Source of the DNA: a virus
Virus record (IMG/VR): IMGVR_UViG_3300046499_000502
Coordinates: 6,335 to 70,334 of that record
Reading direction: 5' to 3' (one strand)
Length of the DNA: 64,000 nucleotides
In this document: positions 53,516 through 62,922 of the stretch, in pieces
How the letters are laid out: each line of letters opens with the position of its first letter
Numbering within the stretch: position 1 is the stretch's first letter
Notes under the pieces: generated by a model
Seen by the model: the letters and a program-made list of their open reading frames with translations, nothing else
Told to the model about the DNA's origin: nothing
The model's database searches: none
Made by a program: the position numbers and the translations under genes

Positions 53516-54651
53516 TGGGCGCCTCCCCTCGCTGTCGGTACGGCTGCCTTTCCGCGCTGCGCCCGGGGCGCGGCCGGCTGGCCGCTCCGGGCCAGAGGTC
53601 CGGTTCCTGCTGCCCTACGAGCCGTGCCGCGCGCCACTACGCCGGCGACCTGCCCTGCCGCCTGAAGCCCCACAGTGATGACCGCGCTGCCCCCAGATGT
53701 GGATCCGGTCGCCCCGGCCGCCGTGAGGGCGGCTGTCCCGGCGAGTGCCGCGTCGAGTCGGCGGCTGGTCGCACCCGCCGCGGCAAAGGCTGCGGTAGCG
53801 GTGAGCGCCGCATTGCCGGTGCTACTGCTGGCCACGGCGCCGTCGGCGGTCAAGGGTGCCGACACCGTGAGGCTCGCCGCCCCGGACGCCCCTCGAACGC
53901 CGTCCGCGGACAGCCCGGCCGTGGGTGTCAGCGATACGGCTCCAGCGGTTGCCCGCAATCCCGATGCGGACAAGGTTGCCGTCGTCGCCAGAGCAGAGGA
54001 GCCTGCAGCGGCACGTAGACCATTCGCTGTCAAACCCGCAGTCGCGGCGAGAGTAGCCGAACCCGCCGTGGCACGCAGGCCGGCAGCGGTCAGGGTGGCG
54101 GCGCCCGGGAATGCCGCGTCGCCCGTGGCTCCGCTAGAGACATCCGCCGCGGTGAAGTCGTCGAAGCGGAGTGCGCTGACGGATTCGGCTCGGAGGCCGA
54201 CGCTGGTGCCGGTGGTGACGTTGGTGTCGGTGACGGAGACGCGTTGGATCCCGTTGACGAAGCCCTTGATCGTGGAGCCGACGGCCTGAACTTTCGCTAC
54301 ATCACCTGCAATGGCAGCCCCGGCGAAGCTGCCGATCGACGTGAACGAGCCGCCCACGACGGAGAAGAGATTCCAGGACGTGCCGTCGTTGCGCCACAGG
54401 TAGCCGGAGGTGATGTTGCTGTTGCCGCGGCACCATATGCCGTGGCTGACGGCTGCGGTGGCTGCGATCGTTACCTGCACGCTGTTGTCGTTGCTGGCCA
54501 TCGCCCCGGCGGCCCGAAGGATGATCGTGCCGCCCGCCGAGCCGGAGCTGAGCTGGTTGGAGATGATCGACCAGTCGCCGGACACCTCAACCCATCCGGC
54601 ACCGAGGCTCGTACTGTCGGAGCGGTTGAAGTCGTCGGTGAAGGTGGTCAC
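53512..54651 (-). CDS. Virion appendage protein: lectin-like N-domain + about 8 x 20-aa Ala/Thr/Gly repeats
   Basis: FTDDFNR...LG.GW...RFDDF domain, then G.A.L...A.L.A.G.RA repeats. Confidence 0.7.
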   Translation of the reverse strand: MTTFTDDFNRSDSTSLGAGWVEVSGDWSIISNQLSSGSAGGTIILRAAGAMASNDNSVQVTIAATAAVSHGIWCRGNSNITSGYLWRNDGTSWNLFSVVGGSFTSIGSFAGAAIAGDVAKVQAVGSTIKGFVNGIQRVSVTDTNVTTGTSVGLRAESVSALRFDDFTAADVSSGATGDAAFPGAATLTAAGLRATAGSATLAATAGLTANGLRAAAGSSALATTATLSASGLRATAGAVSLTPTAGLSADGVRGASGAASLTVSAPLTADGAVASSSTGNAALTATAAFAAAGATSRRLDAALAGTAALTAAGATGSTSGGSAVITVGLQAAGQVAGVVARGTARRAAGTGPLARSGQPAAPRAQRGKAAVPTARGGAQ

Positions 54652-54672
54652 GGCGACCTCCCTGTCAGGGCG

Positions 54673-55080
54673 TTACGCCGCCTGCGCCCCGAGCGACACC
54701 CCGAGCGTAAGCAGGCTGAACTGATCACCCGACGCCCACGCCTTACTAGCCGTCAGCGCCACGGAGAACAGGAACGTGCCAGCCGACGACGCCGTCCACA
54801 CCGAGATGTGCGTCAACGTCTCCGAAGTGCCGCCGTTCGTCCACGCTGACGGCGGCGTGCCCAGCGACAGGGCCGAACCTGACGAAGAGCTAGACATCAC
54901 ACAGCTGTTGCGGGTTGCAGAGCCGACGGACACGTTGGTGGTGCCTGCCGCGCCGGGGTCGCCGGTGTGCAGCTGCACGAATGTACCGACGACGGCTGAG
55001 TATGCGGCGCCGCCGTTGCCGGTGGTGCGGAGGGTGTTGAGCCAGCCGGAGACCAGGCTGGGGGCGAGTCCTGCGGTCAC
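54673..55080 (-). CDS. Virion protein (head-fibre connector-like)
   Basis: VQLHTGDPG.AGT...THISVW.A..AG.FL. Confidence 0.7.
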   Translation of the reverse strand: MTAGLAPSLVSGWLNTLRTTGNGGAAYSAVVGTFVQLHTGDPGAAGTTNVSVGSATRNSCVMSSSSSGSALSLGTPPSAWTNGGTSETLTHISVWTASSAGTFLFSVALTASKAWASGDQFSLLTLGVSLGAQAA

Positions 55081-55178
55081 TACTCCACCTCCTCAGGCTC
55101 GGTCTCGGCAGGGGCCGGCTGGGCGGTGGCGACCTCGCCGGAAGCCTCCACCGCGAGGACGAACACGAACTCGTCCAT
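55080..55178 (-). CDS. Small acidic peptide (32 aa)
   Basis: MDEFVFVLAVEASGEV...; fills the gap between coupled genes. Confidence 0.5.
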   Translation of the reverse strand: MDEFVFVLAVEASGEVATAQPAPAETEPEEVE

Positions 55179-55180
55179 GG

Positions 55181-55522
55181 CTACTTATCCCCGGCAGGCT
55201 TGGCTGGGGCGCGCTTTACTGCGGCCTTCTTCGCCGGTGCAGGCTTCCGCTCCGGTTCGACCGCGCCCGGCATGACGGCCTCAGCGTTCTCGGTCGTGAG
55301 GTTCCGCGTCTCTACTCCACCAGCTGGGGCCGGCCGCTTCTCGACGTCACCAGAGGGTGCTGTTCGGGTTTCGACGTCGTCAGTGACGGCGATCGGCTGC
55401 GCGAGGCCGGACGCGCACAGACCGGCGCCCTCGATGTCGGAAACTTCGATGGTCTCGCCACGCTTGGGCCACGGCTGCCCGTCCCGCGAACCCGACACTT
55501 CGATCCTCATACGTACACGCAT
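55181..55522 (-). CDS. Hypothetical head-region protein
   Basis: MR.RM...VSG.RDG..WP..G motif. Confidence 0.7.
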   Translation of the reverse strand: MRVRMRIEVSGSRDGQPWPKRGETIEVSDIEGAGLCASGLAQPIAVTDDVETRTAPSGDVEKRPAPAGGVETRNLTTENAEAVMPGAVEPERKPAPAKKAAVKRAPAKPAGDK

Positions 55523-55539
55523 CGAACCGTCCCTCGCTT

Positions 55540-55758
55540 TCAGTTGGCGATGATCCCGGCGTCACGCAGGGCCTGAGCGAGCACGTTGATGCGCTGCACC
55601 AGCGTCGCGAAGTTGTTGTTGATCGTGGACTGAGTGGGAGTCGCGGTCACATCGACCGTGCCGCCAGCCGGCGTTCCCACAGCGGTCGTCAGGTCGGTCA
55701 GCGCCGAGCGGACCGCGAGGGCTCCGTCGCTGCTCAGTACGTGCTGGCCCTTGGCCAT
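55540..55758 (-). CDS. Head fibre/decoration-like small protein
   Basis: C-terminal IN.L...LRDAGIIA motif; GGAGG RBS. Confidence 0.65.
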   Translation of the reverse strand: MAKGQHVLSSDGALAVRSALTDLTTAVGTPAGGTVDVTATPTQSTINNNFATLVQRINVLAQALRDAGIIAN

Positions 55759-55779
55759 GAGTTCCTCCGAGGTGTGACA

Positions 55780-55818
55780 GGCCACCGGAGAGCGACCCGC
55801 TGCCGCTCTCCGGTGGCC
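55780..55818. terminator. 15-bp stem hairpin after the capsid gene
   Basis: GGCCACCGGAGAGCG...CGCTCTCCGGTGGCC. Confidence 0.6.
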
Positions 55819-55828
55819 ATGTGGTGAA

Positions 55829-57130
55829 TCAGGCTGCGTTCCCAGCGAAATACTTGACGGCGCCGGTGAGGTCCACGAGCGAGCAGTCCGCGCGCATCAG
55901 CGCCCGGAACGTCACGAGGTCGCTGCTGAACGCGAAGTCGTCGGAGCGCTCGAAGCGGACACCGCCGGCGAAGCGGACGAAGAACTGGCTGAAGTCGCCG
56001 AACAGGACGGACTTCGCGGCCAGCGCGACGCTCGCCACGTTCGGGTCGGTGAGGACGGGCTTGCCGAGCAGCATGTCCGGGGCGCCGGCCTGGAGGGACG
56101 GCTGCCAGATGTACTGGCCGGTGGTGTCCTTGAGCTTGCGGGCCGCTCCGACAGTGGCATCCTTCATGATCCACTTGCAGGACGCGGAAGCACGGTACGG
56201 GGCGATCACCGAGTAGAACAGGTCGATGATGTTGTCGCCCGAGAAGGCGCCCGTCACGCCGGACTGGCCGGTGACGCCCAGGGTGGCGTCGGTAACGACG
56301 CCGCGGGGCTGGCTGGTGCCGGTACCCGTGATGGCGTGGGCGCCGAAGGCGTTGCCGAGCGCGCGCCCGGCCTGCATGGCGAGATAGCCCTCCAGGTCGA
56401 CACCCGTGTCGTCCAGAAGCTCGCGGGAGACCTGGATCATCGTGCCGTACTTGTAGGCGGCAAGCGGGATCTGCCCGAATGCCGGGTCAGAGGTGCCGAT
56501 CGTGTTGCCTTCGGTGACGATCGACGCCGAGCTGTGCGCGGTCGTCTTCGGGACCTGGATGACCTCACCCGAATTGGTGTTGAGGATCGTCGCGCCCGCC
56601 TGCATGACCGCCGACACCTCGATCAGGTGCGCGATCAGCCGGTCGTAGAAGCCGGTCGGCACCGTGTTGCCGCCAGCCGTCGCCGTCCCCTTGACCAGCG
56701 ACCGGTAGTCCACCGGCCCGTCCGGGGCGACATCGTAGAAGCGGCCACGCTCGCCGCGGAGGAACGAGCGCAGCTCATCACCACGGTCGCCTTCACTCCC
56801 AGCCGCCGGGCCCTGCGCGGCGCGCTGCGAGGTCGCGGTGCCGCCGCCCTGGCTGCTGCGCTGAGAGCCTCCCCCGCGCTGCCCCGAACCGGAGCCCTGA
56901 TTGTGCAGCCGGTCGAAGGCCTCGTCCGCCTCCTTGGCGCGGGCCTCGGTGTCGAGTGCGGACTTGATGCGGGCGTCGAGCTTGTCCAGCTCGTCGTTCA
57001 TCGCATCCCACGAGCCCTGCTCGTCGGGGCTGAAGTTGCGGTTGTCCTCCGCGGCCTTGTCGGCGATCGCCTTCATCTGCTCCCAGACGTTGGCGCGGCG
57101 CTCACGCAGCCTCTGAACCATTTCAGACAT
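55829..57130 (-). CDS. Major capsid protein (HK97 fold with N-terminal delta domain)
   Basis: Coiled-coil N-terminus; GG.TVP; VSRELL.D; G.GT.QP.G; LKD..GQYIWQ; LLG.PV; FGDFS; GAGGAG RBS at ATG 57130. Confidence 0.95.
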   Translation of the reverse strand: MSEMVQRLRERRANVWEQMKAIADKAAEDNRNFSPDEQGSWDAMNDELDKLDARIKSALDTEARAKEADEAFDRLHNQGSGSGQRGGGSQRSSQGGGTATSQRAAQGPAAGSEGDRGDELRSFLRGERGRFYDVAPDGPVDYRSLVKGTATAGGNTVPTGFYDRLIAHLIEVSAVMQAGATILNTNSGEVIQVPKTTAHSSASIVTEGNTIGTSDPAFGQIPLAAYKYGTMIQVSRELLDDTGVDLEGYLAMQAGRALGNAFGAHAITGTGTSQPRGVVTDATLGVTGQSGVTGAFSGDNIIDLFYSVIAPYRASASCKWIMKDATVGAARKLKDTTGQYIWQPSLQAGAPDMLLGKPVLTDPNVASVALAAKSVLFGDFSQFFVRFAGGVRFERSDDFAFSSDLVTFRALMRADCSLVDLTGAVKYFAGNAA

Positions 57131-57404
57131 GGGTGTGGACTCCTCGTCCGGTCGAAATCGATTTCGAACGGGGAGCCCTCGCGGTCCCGCACCCCGTGGG
57201 GTGCCGGCGGCCGGCGCCTTTTCGCAACCGGCGGTCCGCTGATCCCTTCCTCGTGTCGCATCCATCCCGTTGTGTGCTTCACCGCGCCCAGAGTGGACAC
57301 CGACCGGGAGATCCCAAGTCGGCGCCGTGGCGGCGCGACTACGCGGTCCAAGGATGAAATGCCGCCCTCGCGTAACGAGGGGCTTCAGGGGCGAGGCAAA
57401 TGCC

Positions 57405-58127
57405 TCAGACGTAGGGGTCTTCCTTGCGACCCAGAAGGACCGCGGCCGCGGCCGGACCGAACATCCCCTTGCGACCGACCTTCTTGGGCTGCGGGCCATC
57501 CGTCCGGACGAAGAACTTTCGGAGCTCGTCCGCGTCGGCCAGCGAGCGGACCTCTTCCAGGTCGGCGCTGAACTTGTCCGCCAGTGACCGCAGACCTGCG
57601 GTGCTGTCCGGGTAGGCCGGCGTGTTGACCGGGGCGACGTCGACGAGCTGGACGCCCGTCAGCCGGCGCAGCGGGTAGCCCTGCTCGGTCGTCGCCCAGT
57701 CATCGGCCACCGTCCGGAACGCGAAGCTCGACTTGCGGACGTCGCCGCGCTCGACGAGCTCCACCACGTGCCCCATCGCGGCGGGCGGCAGCACGTCGTA
57801 GGACAGCCCGTAGGCGTCCAGGCTCATCCGCAGCGTGCCGGCCGCAGTCGTGCCGAGCAGCTGGTTATCGTCGTGGTTGTAGCGGGCGATCACCTCCGGC
57901 CAGCCGTCACCGCGGGACTGGTTGAAGGCGATCGGGTCCACGACCTCGACGAAGCCGCCGAGGTTGCGGGACTGCCGGTTGAAGACCGCGGCATAGCCGC
58001 CGATCCTCTTGGCTCCGTTGTCGGCGCGAAGTTCGGCCTTGCCTGTGTCGCCGGAGGTGTACCGGCGTTCGATATCCACGGTGCTGCCTCCTACGGCGGT
58101 CGGCGTGGTGGTGTCCTGCTTAGCCAT
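57405..58127 (-). CDS. HK97-family prohead protease
   Basis: GYAAVFN, YNHD, SSFAF, DVAPVN.PAY. Confidence 0.92.
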   Translation of the reverse strand: MAKQDTTTPTAVGGSTVDIERRYTSGDTGKAELRADNGAKRIGGYAAVFNRQSRNLGGFVEVVDPIAFNQSRGDGWPEVIARYNHDDNQLLGTTAAGTLRMSLDAYGLSYDVLPPAAMGHVVELVERGDVRKSSFAFRTVADDWATTEQGYPLRRLTGVQLVDVAPVNTPAYPDSTAGLRSLADKFSADLEEVRSLADADELRKFFVRTDGPQPKKVGRKGMFGPAAAAVLLGRKEDPYV

Positions 58128-59541
58128 GCTTCTGTTCACTCCCCTGGATCAGGCGAAGCCGAGGGTCCTCGGCACTGCCGCGGATCGCCGGCGGAGTGAT
58201 CGACATGCCTGATGCGATCGGCAGCGGCGTGTAGTCCTGGCCTAGGCCGTTTGGCAGCGGCGGCATGTTTTCCTTGTTGCGGATCTCGTCGATGCTTGCG
58301 CCGCCGATGAGCCGCTGCTTCTCGTAGATCGACCAGCGGGTCAGCGGATCCAGGCGGATCAGAGCATCTGCGTCGAACCGCACGCACTGCCCGCGCGGAG
58401 TGAGCATCGACAGGTGCGAGTCGAGCTTGCTCATCCACGGGAGCAGCGTCAGCTGGATCAGCTCGATCTCGCGCTGCTCCGGGCTGGAGTACGACATCGA
58501 TCCGCCGGTCTCTCCGCCCATCAGCTCCGGCGGCACCCCGTAGATCGCCGCCAGCTGCGTCGCCCCGAGCTTCAGCGTCGCGATGAACTGCGCCTCATAG
58601 GCAGGCACGGTGATCGGGTTGTAGTCCCAGTCCTTGCCGTACACGATCGGCTGACGGGTACGGATCGCATCCATCAAGCGGGTCTTCACCACGGCGGCGT
58701 CCGCCTGGTCCACCGTCTGAGTGGTGTTCTTGAACGTTCCCGGAGGGACGCCGCCCGTGGCGTGCCACGCCTCCATGTACTCCTGCGCGGCCAGGTTCGT
58801 GTTCGCCATCGAGGCAAACGCACCGATCGGGCTAAGCCCAAGCACCCTGCCCGGCAGCGTGAACCATGGGATGTGGACGATGTCCGTCGCGTCGACCTGC
58901 TTGCCGAGAACGTGCCAGATCGGGTTGACGAACGAGCCGGGTCCGGACGGCATCGAATCGATGACCTGCACCCAGTCCATAGGCAGCCACTCGACCATCG
59001 TCGGATAGCCCAGATAGTCCCGCGCGGTGACGTAACCAACCGCGTTGCCCCGGTACACCATCGACAGGACGGCCCGCCAGATCCAGTCGTTGAGGTTTCC
59101 CTGCACCGACGGGCTCGCGAAAAGACTGGACAGCGGCAACTGCTGGACCGTTCCGCCCGATTCCCGGAACTGCCGCAACGGGGCAGCAGCAATGTTCGAC
59201 GCCAGGATCCGGCCGGCCGCGTAGACCGGAGCCAACCGCAAGGCCCGGTCCACACTGACCGAACCGCCGCCAACACCGCCCCCCTGCCCCCACGGCACGG
59301 AATCGATGGAGCGCTTCTCCTCGCCCGACCTCGACTCGACTCCTACGAGCCAAGCGCCCGCGTTCCTGAAGCCGCGCATCGCCAGCCCAAGCCGGCGCCC
59401 CCAGGTGGCGCGCGCGGTAGAACGCCAGCCACTCGACGAGCGACCCCGTGCATCCATCCACACGTCGCCAACGAGGACCGGCCCCGCATCTTCCGGCGTC
59501 TGACGCTCAGAAGCGCGGCGGAACCACCGCCTGAATGCCAT
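58120..59541 (-). CDS. HK97-family portal protein
   Basis: AL....VYA..RI; GNA; GLSPI; QF......A..YGVPP; DEIR..EN.PP. Confidence 0.93.
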   Translation of the reverse strand: MAFRRWFRRASERQTPEDAGPVLVGDVWMDARGRSSSGWRSTARATWGRRLGLAMRGFRNAGAWLVGVESRSGEEKRSIDSVPWGQGGGVGGGSVSVDRALRLAPVYAAGRILASNIAAAPLRQFRESGGTVQQLPLSSLFASPSVQGNLNDWIWRAVLSMVYRGNAVGYVTARDYLGYPTMVEWLPMDWVQVIDSMPSGPGSFVNPIWHVLGKQVDATDIVHIPWFTLPGRVLGLSPIGAFASMANTNLAAQEYMEAWHATGGVPPGTFKNTTQTVDQADAAVVKTRLMDAIRTRQPIVYGKDWDYNPITVPAYEAQFIATLKLGATQLAAIYGVPPELMGGETGGSMSYSSPEQREIELIQLTLLPWMSKLDSHLSMLTPRGQCVRFDADALIRLDPLTRWSIYEKQRLIGGASIDEIRNKENMPPLPNGLGQDYTPLPIASGMSITPPAIRGSAEDPRLRLIQGSEQKHG

Positions 59542-59549
59542 GACGCTCC

Positions 59550-61088
59550 CTAAAAGATCGACTGCAAGACGTCGTACTGGCTACCCTCGAGCAGATGCGA
59601 CCGGGTCACGTAGGACCAGCGGGCCAGCGTCATCGCCACCAGCGGGCTGATGTCGCCGTCCACGCCCTTCACCGTCCAGGCGATCGTTTCGCCCGTCTGT
59701 TTCGTCTTCGCGCTGGCGACCGCCACGTCGAGGTGCCGGTTCGGCACGACGCGGAAGTTCTCCTCCCGCACCGCCTCCAGCAGCTGGCCGGCCGCCGCCG
59801 CCATGTCGACCGCATTCGTCACCGCCAGATCGCCAGGCTGCGGAGCGTCCGGATCCTCCGGACGCTGGAAGTCTGCAGCGTCCAGCGCGGTCTCCAGGAA
59901 CGCGAATGTGCCGCGCCCCATCGCGATGGAGATGGGGCCGAGCGCTTCCCGCAGTTCCTTCAGCCGCGGGATCAACCACTTCGTACCCGGCCGATAGTCC
60001 GCGAGCTGCGTATGGCCGAGGCCGTCCGAGCGCAGCCCGTACACCTGCACCGCCGCGTAGTCCCGCAGCGGACTGATGTCCAGGCCGATCGCCACCCCGG
60101 AATCGCGATCCCGCTCCGACGACTGATCCGCCAGCCCCGCCCACGCCGCCGGGTCGATTACCGTGTTGCCCTGGGTGATCTTCGGCCAGATGCAAAGGCG
60201 CTCTCGCGCGAAGCCAGCGTTGCCCATCGAGCGGCGCTCCCGGAGGATCGTCTCCTCCGTCAGCCGCTTCCCCAGCGCCGGATTCGAAGCCGCCCACAAA
60301 CGCCGGTCGTCCAAGTCGATGTCGTCGAGGTGGTCGAGGTCGCCCGCGACACCCCAGTCCCGCCACCCCAGACTGTCGTCCCCGCCCTCGTCCGCCCGGC
60401 GCTTCAGATTGAACATGACCTCGCCGGACTCGCCGTTCAGCGGCGGCGACGACGTGTAGATGATCTGCGCGTTCGGCCGTGCCGCCATCGCGGGCATCAG
60501 CGCATCCTGCTGCTCCGCCGTGAACGCGAACGACTCGTCGATGATGACGAGGTCGCCGGAGAAGCCGCGCCCTGATCCCTTGCTGCGGGCCACGAACTTG
60601 ATGCGGGCCTCGGTGTCGAGACGCTCGAACCCTTCCTCGCCGTTCGTGTTGACGAACTTGACGAGGACGCCGTCGATATCCCAGAGGTTCTCGTTATTCG
60701 GATTCACCTGCTTGCCCAGACGGCGCAACAGCGTCCGGCAGCGGCGAAACGCCTCCATCGACGTCTTGTATTCGTGGGCGCTCCACATGATCAACTGCTC
60801 GCCCAGCAGGAGAAACCCAGCGAGAGCCCGAATCTCCAGGATCGAGCCCTTGCCGTTCTGTCGCGCCACGATCTCGGCGTACTCGTAGCAGGCCCACTTG
60901 CCGTCATCGCGGCACGCCAACATCAGGTTCACCGCGTCCGCCTGCCACGGATCCGCGACCAGACCCGCCCGCTTCGCCAGCTCGCAAGCCTCCGGACCCA
61001 GCGTGTACTCGTAGGGCGGCGCCAGCTCAACCCTTGGCCTGTCGCTTCCGTTCAGCGATACGCGCCGAGAGGTCCGAGACACCCGCAC
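59550..61088 (-). CDS. terL: Terminase large subunit (start uncertain)
   Basis: VARQNGKG Walker A, VIIDES Walker B, SNPALG, GLDIS, DISPLVA. Confidence 0.93.
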   Translation of the reverse strand: MRVSRTSRRVSLNGSDRPRVELAPPYEYTLGPEACELAKRAGLVADPWQADAVNLMLACRDDGKWACYEYAEIVARQNGKGSILEIRALAGFLLLGEQLIMWSAHEYKTSMEAFRRCRTLLRRLGKQVNPNNENLWDIDGVLVKFVNTNGEEGFERLDTEARIKFVARSKGSGRGFSGDLVIIDESFAFTAEQQDALMPAMAARPNAQIIYTSSPPLNGESGEVMFNLKRRADEGGDDSLGWRDWGVAGDLDHLDDIDLDDRRLWAASNPALGKRLTEETILRERRSMGNAGFARERLCIWPKITQGNTVIDPAAWAGLADQSSERDRDSGVAIGLDISPLRDYAAVQVYGLRSDGLGHTQLADYRPGTKWLIPRLKELREALGPISIAMGRGTFAFLETALDAADFQRPEDPDAPQPGDLAVTNAVDMAAAAGQLLEAVREENFRVVPNRHLDVAVASAKTKQTGETIAWTVKGVDGDISPLVAMTLARWSYVTRSHLLEGSQYDVLQSIF

Positions 61089-61437
61089 CCCCCGAACCGT
61101 CAGCCGACTTGGACGAAGGAGCAGCCGATGCCGCCGAGTTGGACCGGATATCAGCCAGAAGCGCCTTGAGAGTCGCCGATTGCTGCCGGGACTCAGCTAG
61201 CCACCGCTGAAAATCCCCGGCATTCAACTCCTCGGCCTTGACCCCCGCCGCGGCACCTCGGATAATCGAATCCAGCAGGTCAAGCCGGTCCGAGATACGG
61301 CAAGCCTCCTCCAGGATCACCAGATGAGCCGGAGTCAGAGCCGCCTGCACCAGCGAATCCCGCCACAACCGCCGGCCACGGGCGCCAAGCCCCGCGGGTT
61401 CAGTCGGAACCGCCACGGAGACCCCCTCCATGATCAT
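61027..61437 (-). CDS. terS: Terminase small subunit
   Basis: GL...G..LW...LEEACRI.DRLD.L...E.RQQ. Confidence 0.8.
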   Translation of the reverse strand: MIMEGVSVAVPTEPAGLGARGRRLWRDSLVQAALTPAHLVILEEACRISDRLDLLDSIIRGAAAGVKAEELNAGDFQRWLAESRQQSATLKALLADIRSNSAASAAPSSKSADGSGGAGVSDLSARIAERKRQAKG

Positions 61438-61547
61438 CTTCCCTCGTGTTTTTTTACGGGGGGGGAGGGGTTTCAGGTGGGAGTCGGGTCAACGCGAGGT
61501 CACAGGAAAAAACGGACATTCCTCACACACGCGAGCGTTTCCGCAGG
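61438..61547. other. Probable cos/packaging region
   Basis: Non-coding stretch with T-run/G-run between HNH gene(s) and terS, the usual cos position in HK97-like phages. Confidence 0.5.
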
Positions 61548-62528
61548 TCAGGCGGCCTCTGGCGTGATCCATCTACGATCCCTGGGCCACTGCACCCTCA
61601 CCTCGGAGGCTCCGTACTGCCAGGCCAACTGGTACACGGTCCCGGTGTTACTCAACCGCAGGGCCTGACTGATCTCACGCCACTTCAGGCCCTCGGCCCG
61701 CAGCCGAGCCGCGTCACGCCCGAGTTGGGATCGCCGCATCTGGGCTTCGAGGCGCATGGGGCAGTCCGGGCAGGACTGCTTGACCATCGGTCTTCCACAT
61801 CGGCACGTCTTGCTTGCTGTCCTCGCCTCGATGCTCGCCTTGATCCTCGGCTTGATCTCATCGACACACTGGACGTCCCGAGCCCACCGCTCTAGCTGAT
61901 CCTCAGTGACGTCTGAGCCATCCTTGGGGCGAGTCAGATTGCATGTCCTACAGATGATCCGCACGTTCCCCATGGTGTGCGTGCCACCCATGCAGATGGG
62001 GACGATGTGGTCTAGGTTCTTGCTGTTCGGCTGATGGGGTGCATCGGTCAACCGTGTGGCGCATAGCGGGCAGTGACCAGCACGCATCCGAAGGTCCCGC
62101 TCGAACTGTGCTGTGATGTCTGTGATTCGTTGCGCCGTCCGGCGCTTACTGACCTTCCGTGAATCACGTGCACGCCTACGCATTTCAGCGCAGGTTACGC
62201 AGAACCGACCGTAGGCCGTGGCGCCACGTTCGGTCGACTTGTCACAGTCGTAGCACCGGCCTGCTCCCCGAAGGCTTGGGTTGGCAGCCATTCGCTGAAA
62301 CTGCAGGGCCTGCCGCGCCCTAGCGCACGCGGTCGAGCACGTCTTTCGGTGAGGTTGCGTTGGGTGGCCGCAGTTACTGCACGGACCGCCACGCCCATCG
62401 GCTCCGACAGAGTTCGCACCACGGCGGCAGTCCCAGCACTTCCGCTGTCCTGCTGGAAGGGATGTACGTCCACTCCACAGGAGCTTGCCGCATCCGCCTG
62501 CGCATGGGGTGTCTGGCTTCTTCGCCAC
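61548..62528 (-). CDS. HNH endonuclease with multiple Zn fingers and C-terminal HTH (probably homing/mobile)
   Basis: CPLC...LDHIVP...GGTH..GNV.IIC..CN; lower GC. Confidence 0.85.
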   Translation of the reverse strand: MAKKPDTPCAGGCGKLLWSGRTSLPAGQRKCWDCRRGANSVGADGRGGPCSNCGHPTQPHRKTCSTACARARQALQFQRMAANPSLRGAGRCYDCDKSTERGATAYGRFCVTCAEMRRRARDSRKVSKRRTAQRITDITAQFERDLRMRAGHCPLCATRLTDAPHQPNSKNLDHIVPICMGGTHTMGNVRIICRTCNLTRPKDGSDVTEDQLERWARDVQCVDEIKPRIKASIEARTASKTCRCGRPMVKQSCPDCPMRLEAQMRRSQLGRDAARLRAEGLKWREISQALRLSNTGTVYQLAWQYGASEVRVQWPRDRRWITPEAA

Positions 62529-62616
62529 GATCTTCTCCCGGAAATGCGGAAGCCCCGAGCCGGGAGACTCGGGGCTTCCTGCCTGCGGTAGCTAGCCGCA
62601 GGGTGCTGATGTTCGG

Positions 62617-62910
62617 TTAGAGGGCTGCCGTGTTGACCGTGAACGAGGCGCGTGGACGTCCTCTGGCACGGGTCCTGTTGGACTTGCTGGTGTTGCACCG
62701 CCTGTGGCTAAGCCGGCAGTTGGCACGGTCGGTCGGTGCACCCTGCTGCCACAGCTCGATCACGTGGTCCACGGTGCGGCTCATCGGGTGCGTGCGGGGA
62801 AGCTCTTGGTCGACCCACTTACCGCAGATCCAGCAGTGCGTTTCCTCGGAGAAGACTTGGGTGCGCAGCTTGTTCCAGGCGGTCCCGGCGCGGCCCTTGC
62901 TGTACGCCAT
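62617..62910 (-). CDS. Terminase-associated HNH endonuclease (HK97 gp74-like)
   Basis: CWICG...VDH......G...DR.N.R..H..CN..K. Confidence 0.88.
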   Translation of the reverse strand: MAYSKGRAGTAWNKLRTQVFSEETHCWICGKWVDQELPRTHPMSRTVDHVIELWQQGAPTDRANCRLSHRRCNTSKSNRTRARGRPRASFTVNTAAL

Positions 62911-62922
62911 GCCGTCTCCCGC

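Noticed and set aside
57131-57499. 556-aa version of the capsid ORF
   Set aside because: The upstream extension is low-complexity and overlaps the protease gene; a strong RBS supports ATG 57130
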